Source: Camelus ferus (Eukaryota). Taken from it: a stretch of DNA of 64,000 nt. The notes beneath the pieces are model-generated. The model made no database searches. It was not told where the DNA came from and worked only from the letters and a program-made list of their open reading frames with translations. Positions 51,451 to 61,765 of the stretch are shown here, in pieces. Both the position numbers and the translations under genes were made by a program. The first letter of the stretch is position 1. Every line of letters starts with the position of its first letter. The stretch covers positions 26,786,001-26,850,000 of the forward strand of contig NC_045697.1 in the NCBI RefSeq assembly GCF_009834535.1, in the 5' to 3' direction.

Positions 51451-52979
51451 ACTAGAAATTGATGAAACGTGGTTATATCAGTTGGGAAAGCAGCAAAGCA
51501 GCACTTACCTGAATCCTAAAATGCACTGCTGCCTTTCTGAGGGTTTTGATCATTCAGCTATCCCCTGAACCTTCATGGAAATGAGCCCCCACTTCTTTGA
51601 CCATTTCAGTGTAGTTAAGTGGACCCAGCCATGACAAGAGAAAATAGGCTATTTCCCAAAACATGCACACCTGCAAGGTAAACATTTTTTTCATTTTCTG
51701 ACTTTACTACCATCTTTACCCATCCTATTATGGGCATTTGTCTTTACAGCCCCCTCCCTGAAAAGAGCAGGGCACACAATCCATCAGTTTTGTTACATGC
51801 AGCTTATTGAGCCCCCTGAAAAAGATCTTGTTATTGTCAATTCTGTAGAAAAGCATTAGGACAAGACAGACTAAAACTGACTTAGCGTAGGTTTTGTATC
51901 CCCATTGCATTTGGTCATTTTGTATAACATCCAAAATAATGGCCACAAAAAAAGAAGACAGAATGCAAAGGAAGATGATAATAAGATGGAGAAATGCACA
52001 CGGTTAATATCAAACCATATTTTTAAATAGAGAAGATGTAGAATTCACTGCTAAGCTTTTATGGGTTTTAGGTCTATTTGTGGCTAGGAGCTTTATGATC
52101 ACTTTGTTTTACAGATTTCTAGCTCCATATTTTTATTGTTTACTTTCTTCTTGAATATCAGTCCCTTTGGAAGCCAAAATAAACAAAAATAGGACAAAGC
52201 CTTTGGTGGAAAATCCTTTTCACCAAATGGAAATACTGATTTACAAACAACAATAAGCTGTTGTGTAACAGTAAGACTAAATCTGCAAAAGAAAAAAATT
52301 AACATAGTAATTTGCTGTATACTTTCGTAATTCCATAATGAGTCTTCAGAAACACTGTGTAGACACAGAAGTTCATTCAAGTAAATCAGTTGCTTATTCC
52401 CAAATGTATTTTAAAGTTGCTTTAACATCTGGACGAGATTGCAAGAAATACACAGTGAAAAGTAGAAGCGTTTCTATTATATCTGTAGCAACTCAAAAAT
52501 TATTTTACTTCATACTTCTTGTTAATGGCATGTTTGTATGTCTATTTTGAAGTCTTATTCACTGAAAAAAGAAAAAAAAAACTTCAGTTACAGCAAAATC
52601 TCTTTTGTAGAATTTACTGCTTTGTATTCAAATTCTTTTATAACCTGTAGCCAATTTTCAGCATGGTCAGCAGAATAAAATCAAGGGAAATGATGCCTCT
52701 AAAAAGCACAAAAACAAAACCAAAAAGAAAAACAAGAAACAGAAAATTATCCCTAAGTTATGGCAGAGATTTTTTTTTTCTTTTGAAAGAATTCCCTGAA
52801 GGAAAAGAGTGAATAGAGAAGGCTTTATCATTTCAGAGTTCATGGAGAGATTTATAGAGGAGTCATTTAGGAGCAGTGAGGGAAAAACAGATGGGTCCCA
52901 ACTGGACATAAAAGAGGAGAAGTAGTTGCTCTCTGGCTGCGTGGTGGTTTTATGGTTCTCCCCTTGCGCATCACAGTAC

Positions 52980-53425
52980 TGCATCAGTCAGGGATCCAGC
53001 AGGTAACAGATGGCACACTCAAACTCGCTTATTTCTAGAGGGTTTAAGAAACGGACTTTCAGTTTCAGCAAAGGTGTGGGAAAAGTGGAGAGAAATTACA
53101 GCGCACTGGGACCAATAAGAACAGAGCTGTTATTACCCCAGGTCCAAAGGACTCAGAAGAAAGTACATTTACAAGTCCTAGAGAGAAGGCCCTCTTGAGG
53201 GGATCCTACAGAGCAGGAACCTGGGGAATAAAGACCCTGATTTCTCTTTCCTTTCTGCCTCTGGCCTCATGCTGTGGCTCCCAATGTCTACACATCACAG
53301 GAGGCTGGTAGACTTCCAGGGGACCCATTGATGCAGTTTGTACAGATCATCCTCAGGCTGGGGGAGAGAGGAGGTAGAGAAGGATGAGGAGTGGACCTGG
53401 AGGGGCAAAAGGAAGACAGCTGATC
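52980..53425 (-). mobile_element. LTR16C-like ERVL solo LTR
   Basis: 'tgcatcagtcagggatccagcaggtaacagatggcacactcaaact...gagtggacctggaggggcaaaaggaagac'. Confidence 0.7.
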
Positions 53426-53889
53426 CATGTGCTGTTGTAGAACGCTGCTCTTACACAACTTATAGTCCAGTGGGGAGACCTGGTTAAAAACAACCACAAC
53501 AAAATTAAATAGAAACACCAAAGAGAAAAGCATCAATACAGGACTCTAATCCAAACTTTTTAATGAAGGACCTCCCTCCTATCTCAGATGAGCCACCCAA
53601 AGGGTTTCCCCCATGAACAGTCTGTGGTTCCCCTCTTCTTTGAACCACACCAAGTATATCTGGGACCAGTTTAGTTAGTAGAATTCTATGTTTTTTAAGA
53701 AGCTACTATGTGCCAGACATGTTCTTTAAAAACATAATATATATTTTATGTTTTAAGTTGGTTTAAAAAAGGGACTCAGTTCCAACCCTCAAGGATGTGA
53801 GGAAAGAAAAGCATCTGTAAACAGTGTCTGGATGGACCTATCAAGGGAGATTAGAACAGACCCACTGGGAGGAGGGGGACTGGGACTCA

Positions 53890-54060
53890 CTGCTCCTCTT
53901 AAGCACTTTATATGTATAAATTCATTCTTCCTCTCATGAACCCTAGAGGACCCATTCTTTTATCATCCTCTTTTCCCATGTGAAAAAACTGAGGCACAAA
54001 GAGTTAAATGCCCAAGGTCAACAGTAAGTAAGTAATGGAGGTCCAATCTAAGCTAAGTAC
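53890..54060 (-). mobile_element. MIR SINE
   Basis: 'taagcactttatatg...gaaaaaactgaggcacaaagagttaaatgcccaaggtca'. Confidence 0.75.
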
Positions 54061-54725
54061 TGTCCCATTATATTGCCCTCCCGGCCACTTCCCAACCCTG
54101 AAAGGTAACAAAAGGAGGAAGGGCAGAGGAGGGAAAGGTTATTAATGACAATAGCTGTCGTTTAAGGAGGACCTAGAGGCATACCTTGGAGATGCTGTGG
54201 GTTCCTTTGCAGCCCACCACAATAAAGGGAATATCTCAATAAAGCCAATCAGGAATTTTTTAGTTTCCCAGGTGCATATAAAAGTTATGTTTACAAAATA
54301 CTATTGTCTGTTAAGTATGCAGTAGCATTATGTCTAAAAAAGCCATGTACGTACCTTAATTAAAAAATACTTTGTGAAAAAAATACTTTATGGCTGAAAA
54401 ATGCTCACCATAATTCGAACCTTCAGCAAGTCTTAATCTTTTTGCTGGTGGAGAGTCTTGCCTTGATGTTGGTGGCTGCTCACTGAACAGGGTGATGGAT
54501 GCTGAAGGCTGGGGTGGCTGTGGCAGTTTCATCAAATAAGACAGCGATGAGGTTTGCTGCATCGATCAACTCTTCCTTTCACGAACAAGTTCTTTGTCGC
54601 CCGCAGTGCTGTTTTGATAGCATTTTACCCACGATAAAACTTACAAAAATTGGAGTCAGTCCTCTCAAACCCTGCCACTGCTTTATCAACTAAGGTGATG
54701 TGTAGTATTCCAAATCCTCTGTTGT

Positions 54726-55248
54726 TGTGGGGGAAACACAGTGGGCCAGTGTCGAGTGACAAAGGAATTTCCCAGAGGCAAGGAGAAGTTTAAGAACAAA
54801 GGAAAAGTTTAATAGATATGCTGCTACAGGCAACAGTGGGCCACACAGATGAGAGGTGCCTGGGTGAGTGCTGAGGTGAACGTGCAGAGTCTTTTACTGA
54901 GGAAGGGGCTGTGGACACAATGGGATGGGGAACAGATTTCTGACTGGCTGTAAATAAGGTGAAGGGCTTTGGTACATGGGAGAACAGTGGGTTTATGACT
55001 CCAGGAAGATGGAGACATGAGCTGACACAAGGAAGGCAGTGGAACTTATGACTCCGATAAGGAGAGGACGTGGGCTGTGACAAGTCAGCCTGAGCTACAG
55101 TGAGGCTAGCAATTCCCCAGGGCTGTTAATTCTGCCAAGGCAAACACACGTCAGGACTTTATCTTCCAAAGAAGAGCAGGCAGATGCCTAAGGGCTGGAA
55201 GTTGGGGGTGGGGGTCACAGGCCTCAGCAGGCACCAGTTGGCTCCACA
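54726..55248 (-). mobile_element. Solo LTR, family not recognised, nested in Tigger1
   Basis: TGTGG...CCACA termini, exact 5-bp TSD GTTGT at 54721-54725 and 55249-55253; strand inferred from a minus-strand ATTAAA at ~54807. Confidence 0.85.
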
Positions 55249-55576
55249 GTTGTCACTTCAGCAGGCTTCACAGCATCTTCACCAGGAGTTAGTTTCCATC
55301 TGTAGAAACCACTTTCTTTGCTCTTCCATAAGAAGCAGCTCCTGATGCGTTAAATTTTCATCACAAGATTGCAGGAATTCAGTCACATCTTCAAGCTCCA
55401 CTTGTAATTCTGCTTCTCATTATTTCCACCACACCTGCAGTTCCTTCCTCTGCTGAAGTCCTGGACCCCTCAAAGTCATCCATGAGGATTGAAATCAAGT
55501 TCTTCCAAATTCCTGTTAATGTTGATATTTTGACCTCTTCCCATGAATCTTGAATGTTCTTAATGGTATGTAGAAT

Positions 55577-56188
55577 TGTTAGGCAGTTAGATAGAAATGA
55601 ACACTGGACAGGGGGAGAGGCAGGGGAAAGAAACAACCCAGAAAATAACAGTACGTCTGCACTCAGGATAAGGGACTCCAGAAACTTTTACTTTCTCTAA
55701 ATGAAGACCAGCCAAAGAAGCCAGCTAAAATCAAAATGCTGCAGCTGCGCATAAGAGAGAAGGACCCAGTGTAACCTGACCCAGTGCTCATTATAGTGTA
55801 ATTAACATTACAGTCTGAGCCCTCTCCCTCGGGTTTCTCTGTGCTTCATGGGTAAGAACCTGCCCCAAAGCAGATGGGCGTGTCTGAGCACAAGGAACCT
55901 GAGCTGTCAGTCAGCCAGAGCACAGGGAATCTGAGCCCGTAATCAATCAATCAATCACAAAAGCGCCCCTAAGCCAGGATATGAGATGGAAAAACAAAGG
56001 AGCCGCGCCATTTTTCCTCTCTCGGATTGGCCCGCTCCCAATTCTCAGGAGTGTATTATCTTTTACTACCTTTTTACTTTACTAATAAAAATCTTGCTTA
56101 TATCATTCTTTCTGTCTCCTGTTAAAACTTCTTTTTTTTCGGGTGACTAAGAACCAAGATAATTCTTATTTCCCTCCTCCCGGTAGCA
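55577..56188 (+). mobile_element. ERV1 solo LTR, MER41/MER4-group-like, nested in Tigger1
   Basis: TGTTAGG...GGTAGCA termini, 'ttactttactaataaaaatcttgctt' polyA region; Tigger1 resumes 4 bp later, but those 4 bp do not match the left flank. Confidence 0.75.
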
Positions 56189-56291
56189 TTACGGTGAAGA
56201 ATCTCTAGAATGTTTTCAATTGGCTTTGCCCAGATCCATGAGAGAAAATCACTATCTATGGCAGCTGTAGCCTTACAAAATATACTCCTTT

Positions 56292-58285
56292 GGTGATTAT
56301 TTGTTCTTTTTTTCCTTCCATTTTTATTGAGACATGACATACAGAACTATAAGTTGAAGGTGTTCAGCATACTGATCACCTCAGGAAATAATTATCATAA
56401 TAAGTTTCGTGAAAATGCATCATCTCATAGACATACATACAAAATTAAAGAAGTAGGGAAAAATTTTTTTCCTGTGATGAGAATGTTTAGGATTTACTCT
56501 CAACAACTTTCGTATGTAACATACAGCAATGTTAATTATATTTATTATGTTGTACAGTACATCCCTAGTACTTATTTACCTAATAACTAGAAGTTTCTAC
56601 CTTTCACTGCCTTTAAATCCAATTCCCCATCCCCCCACCCTGTCTCTGGTAACCACAAATCTGATCTTTTTTTCTCAGTTTTTGAAGTGTAATTGACCTA
56701 CCAAACTGTGTTAGTTCCTGTTACACAACATAGTGATTTGCTACTTCTATGCATTTCAAACTGATCACCATGGTAAGTCTGGTTACACTATGTCACCACA
56801 CAAAGATATTACAGTTGTTGACTGTATTCCCCTCACCGTACGTTTCATACCTTTGTGTCATTTATTTTGCAGCTGGAAGTTTATACTTCTTAATTCTCCT
56901 CACCTATTTCTTTCCTCCCCCTACATCCCTCCCTTATGGCACATATCTCTTTGTTCTCTGTATTTATGACTCTGTTTCTATGTTGTTACGTTTGTTCATT
57001 TGTTTGTTTCTCAGGTGCCATTTGTAAGTAGAATCATGCAGCATTTGTCTTTCTCTGTTTGACTTATTTCACTTAGCATAATAGCCTCTAGGCCCATCCA
57101 TGTTGTTGCAGATGGCAAGATTTCATTCTTTTTTATGGCTGAGTCATATGCCATTGTATATATATACATACCACGTTTTCTTTATCCATTCATCTATTGG
57201 TGGGTACTTGGGTTGCTCCCATATCTTGCCTATTGTAAATAATGCTGCAGTGAACATAGGGGTGCATATATCTTTTATAATTAGTGTTTTTATTTTCTTT
57301 TGATAAATATCCAGAAATGGAATTGCTCAGTCATATGGTAGTTCTATTTTTCATTTTTTGAGGATTGTCTATAGTGTTGCTCATAGTGGCTGCACCAATT
57401 TACATTCCCACCAACAGAGCATGAGGGTTCCTTTTCCTCCACATCCTTGCCAGTATTTGTTACTTGTCATCTCTTTGATAATAGTCTTTCTAACAGATGT
57501 GAAGTGGTATCTCATTGTGGTTTTGATCTGCGTTTCCCTAATATTTAGTGATGCTGAGCATCTTTTCATGTGCCTGTTGGCCATCTGTATGTCTTCTGCA
57601 GAAAAATATCTGTTCAGATCTTCTGCTGATTTTTTGATCAGGTGGGGTTTTTTTATGTTGAATTGTAAGAGTTACTTGTATATTTTGGATATTAACCCCT
57701 CCTCAGACAAATAGTTTGAAAATTTCTTCTCCCATTCAGTAGGTTGCATTTACATTTTATTGATAGTTTCCTTTTCTATGCAGAACCTTTTTAGTTTGAT
57801 TAGGTCACTTTTGTTTATTTTTGCTTCTGTTTCCCTTGCTAAGACCAATGCCAAAGAGCTTACTACCTATGTTTCCTTCTAGAAGTTTTATGGTTTTAAG
57901 TCTTACATTTAAGTCTTTAATCCATTTTGAATTTATTTTTGTGCATAGTGTTAGAGAGTAGTCTAGTTTGATTCTTTTGCATGTATCTGTCCAGAGGTGG
58001 TTTTCCCAACAGCATTTATTGAAAAGGCTGTCTTTTCCCCATTGTGTATTCTTCCCTCCTTTGTTGTAGATTAATTGCCCATATAAGTTCATTTCTAGGC
58101 CCTCTGTTCTGTTCCATTGATTTATGTGTCTGATTTTTTGCCAACTACCATAAAGTTTTGATTACTGTAGCTTTGTATTATTGTTTGAAATCAGGGAGCA
58201 TAAGTCCAGTTTAATTCTTTCTTAAGACTGTGTTGGCTGTTTGGGTCTTTTGTGTTTCCATACAAATTTGGGGATTATTTTTATA
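56292..58285 (-). mobile_element. 5'-truncated L1 (L1MA9/laurasiatherian-like) nested in Tigger1
   Basis: Minus-strand ORF2 remnants '[27 protein letters not shown]' and '[27 protein letters not shown]'; 17/20 TSD at 56272-56291 and 58286-58305. Confidence 0.92.
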
Positions 58286-60944
58286 CTTACCAAATGTTCT
58301 CCTTTAGAGGAATCACTATCTATGGCAGGTATAGCCTTATAAAATGTATTCCCTAAATAATAAGTCTTGCAAATCAAAATTACTCATGGATCCACGAGCT
58401 GCAGAATGGATGTTGTGTTAGCAGATGTGAAAACATTAATCTTGTTGTACATGTCCATTATAGCTCTTGGGTGAACAGGTTACCTTATCAATGAGCAGGA
58501 ATATTTTGAAAGGAATATTTTTTTTTCTGAGCAGAAGGTCCCAATAATGGGCTGAAAATATTCAATAAATGATATTGTAAACAGATGTGCTCTGATTCAG
58601 GCTTTGTTGTTTTATTTATAGAGCACAGAGTAGATTGAGCCTAATTCTTAAGGGCCCTAGGATTTTGAGAGTAACAAATGAGTATTGGCTTTAACTTAAA
58701 GTCACCATCTGTGTTAGTCCCTAACAAGAGAGTCAGCCTGTTCTTTGAAGCTTGGAAGCCAGGCATTGACTTCTCTCTAGCTATGGAAGTCCTAGACGGC
58801 ATCTTCCTCCAATGTGAGGATGTTTCATCTACGTTGAAAATCTGTTGTTTAGTGAAGACTCCTTCATTAAAGACCTGAGTTAGATCTTCTGCATACCTTG
58901 CTGCAGCTTCTACATCAGCACTTGCAGCTTCACCTTGCACTTTGATGTTAGGGAGACAGCTTCTTTCCCAAAACCTTATGAACCAACCTCTGCTGGCTGC
59001 AAACTTTTCTTCTGCAGCTTCCTCACCTCTCTCAGCCTTCACTGAATTGAAGAGAGTTAGGGTCTTGGCTCTGGATTAGGCTTTGGCCTAAGGAAATGCT
59101 GTGGCTGGTTTCATCTTCTTTCCAGGCCGCTAAAACTTTCTCCATATTAATAGTGGCCGGGCCCGTTTGCTTTCTTATCATTTGTATGTTGACTGGAGTA
59201 GCACTTTAGATGTCCTTCAAGAACTCTTCTTTTGCAATTATAACTTGTTAGCTGGTGCAAGGTACCTAACTTTTGGCCTGTCTCAGCTTTCCACATGCCT
59301 TCCTCACTAAGCTTAATCACATCTACCTTTGGATTTGAAGTGTGACTCTGCCTTTCACTTGAACACTTAGAGGCCATTGTAAAGTTATTAATTGGCCTGA
59401 TTTCAATATTTTTGTGTCTCAGGGAATAGTGAGGCCCAAGGAAAGGGGGAGAGAGGAGGGAATGGCCAGTTGACAGAGCAGTCAGAACAGACACATTTAT
59501 CAAGTATATTGTCATATGGGCGAGACGTGTGGCTCCCCAAAACAATTACAATAGTCACGTCAAAGATCACCAATCACAGATCACCTAACAAATATAACAG
59601 TAATGAAGAAGTTTAAAATATTGTGAGAATTACCAAAATGTGACACAGAGACATTATCTGCAAATGTTGAAAAAATGCTGTCGATAGATTTGATCAAAGT
59701 AGGTTTGCCACAGACCTTCAATTTATAAAAACTCGCTGTATCTGTGAAGCAAAGGACAGTAAAACGAGGTCTGCCTTACTGTGTCCCAGCATTCTGTTAA
59801 CCACTTTTACTCTTGTAACTAAACAGGACCTTCCAGGACTAAATAAGTAATGTTTATTTAATCTTTTCAAACCACCTGTCCTATAAACAGGTTAAAAGCA
59901 TGCAGTAATGATTCTCTTAAGTCTCTTGATTTTACTGGGTACCTTCACACATCAGTCATACATGATGATACAGTCAGAGTCATCACTGTTTTAGAATAGA
60001 AGTTATAGACTAGTAAGATCAATATAAAAACTTACATTATACTATATTTTTACTCTGTCCTATTATCTAATATTTTAATCATGATTTGTATAAAATATTT
60101 TTGTTTTAAGCTAATTTATGAATATAAGAATCATAACTAACTTAAGCTGTCTCCTTTATACAAACTCCTTTACACAAATACAGTAACATTCTAAATCAGA
60201 GTTATCTGACTAGACATAGCTTGGTAAATTTTCTGGAACATTGATAATTCTGTAGGGAGAAATAGAAAGACCTGTATTTTCCTCATGTACACTGTCTCTG
60301 GAAATTCTCTTCAATACAATGGGTGTAACGTTGCTTATCTCAGACAATACTTTAGAGCAGTTATGCATAGACCTTTAGTCTTCAATAGCATGTTAATAGT
60401 CTCTCAGTTTAAAATTGCCAGCATATTTTTTATAGAAGCCACAGTTCTTTTAATGGAAAGCTATTAAAATGAAAAAAAATCTCAAGACTTTCAGTATAGC
60501 ATATGTAACATACTGCTCAGATTAGAAAATATATATATTGTTTATAAACTGACTACATTATAACCATATTTTATTTCCAAAGTAGGAAAAAAATTGCAGA
60601 TAACAATGGTTTTTCTCTCCTAAACCTGCTTTATCTCCTGCCTCGAAGTAATTTAGGTGCTTAGGAAAGCATGTTAAGAACTTTAGTCTATGCAGACGCT
60701 GGTTCTTGCACAAGTGAATGCAGTTTGGGCTGTAAAAATAGAAAAGCTCTCTCTCTGTTAAGCGTCAGTAATTCTTTAAATCAGACCCATTGACCTTCTA
60801 ATCAGTCTAAATCCTTACACAGTTTGAATTTTAGAAATATTCGGGGGCAGCTCCATCATTCATACTCACCACTTGTTGGATTTGTATTTGGCTCCAGCAA
60901 TTATACTAGTCATGCTCGCGTAACATCTCTCTGTTTTTAGGTTC

Positions 60945-61120
60945 TGAGGCATTGGCTTCTCCTTTCCTGAATTCTGCTTATATGACACTTAGTGATATTG
61001 TGGGTAAAGTTGCACCATGAGTGTCCTTGGAGAAACGACCTCTCAAGTCTCCCGTTTTCATAATTGTATCGTAGCTCCTCCTGTTAGGGTTGTTGTGAGA
61101 AATTAATTGACAAATGTCAA
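60945..61120 (+). mobile_element. MIR fragment
   Basis: 'gtgtccttggagaaacgacctctc...tagggttgttgtgagaaattaa'. Confidence 0.55.
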
Positions 61121-61129
61121 TGATGTAAT

Positions 61130-61345
61130 TATAATAGGTACCCTTTAATTAATGCTTACCCAGAACCTTGCATGATTACTAAGTTATTTTCAGATTATTA
61201 GGAAGACACTACTATTACTCCTGTTTTGCTGATGAGGAAACCTAAGCTCAGAGTGGCTTAGTAACTTGCCCAGTGTCACACAGTTGGTGTGTGGAGGAGG
61301 CAGAACTCACATCCTCTCATCTGCCTGATTCAGAAGCTCCAAGCC
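61130..61345 (-). mobile_element. MIR SINE
   Basis: 'ctgttttgctgatgaggaaacctaagctcagagtggcttagtaacttgcccagtgtcacacag'. Confidence 0.8.
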
Positions 61346-61475
61346 AGTTGCTGTGCTGCAGTCATTATAGAATCACCTACTGAACTTGCCTCAAATCCAG
61401 CCTTCTGCAGTCAGTGAAAAAGCCCTCCCCCACCCAAAATGTGTAAATTAGCAGAATTTATATTGGTAATATTTT

Positions 61476-61765
61476 TTTCTAGATTCATAATTTATTATAC
61501 AAATTGAGTATCACATGATGAGCTGACATTAGCTTCTTCAGGCATGGAAACTTAAGACTATCAAAGCAACGCTTCCGTACGCAGCCGGAACACAGTTCAC
61601 TCTCCCTGTGAGAGTGTAAGAGTTGAAATATTTTTTGATGCCAGTGAAATGAAATTGGGCATCAGTTTCTGGACCTGCCATGCTTTCAGTCTTTCAAAAG
61701 ACACCAACTCTGTAGCCTGTGTCCTTCAACGTACGCAGCCACTCCTCGGCCCAGCCAGAAGAAGC
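61476..61765 (-). pseudogene. ATP5MK: Processed retrocopy of ATP synthase membrane subunit k (USMG5/DAPIT) with an internal deletion
   Basis: Minus strand 61681-61538 reads MAGPETDAQFHFTGIKKYFNSYTLTGRVNCVPAAYGSVALIVLSFHA*, matching DAPIT residues 1-43; intronless with 5' leader, AATAAA (plus-strand tttatt 61491-61496), short A tail, and TSD tggtaatatttt (61464-61475) / cagtgatatttt (61766-61777) followed by aa. Confidence 0.93.

Larger units (their letters stand above)
54176..59777 (-). mobile_element. Full-length Tigger1 DNA transposon in four pieces (54176-54725, 55249-55576, 56189-56291, 58306-59777)
   Basis: Termini ta|gaggcatacctt and acgaggtctgcct; transposase remnants in ORFs 58641-59042 ('[34 protein letters not shown]') and 59147-59545 ('MASKCSSER'); pieces sum to ~2.4 kb. 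Confidence 0.93.

Noticed and set aside
55577..56188. STAT1 GAS sites as in interferon-responsive MER41 copies
   Set aside because: I found no canonical TTCNNNGAA by eye; the nearest is TTCTCAGGA
58641..59545. Transposase ORFs as a domesticated TIGD1-like gene
   Set aside because: The frame is broken by stops, frameshifts and three insertions; it is a decayed Tigger1
60945..61345. Tail-to-tail MIR pair as a structured RNA hairpin
   Set aside because: The copies are too diverged to pair extensively, and this arrangement is common
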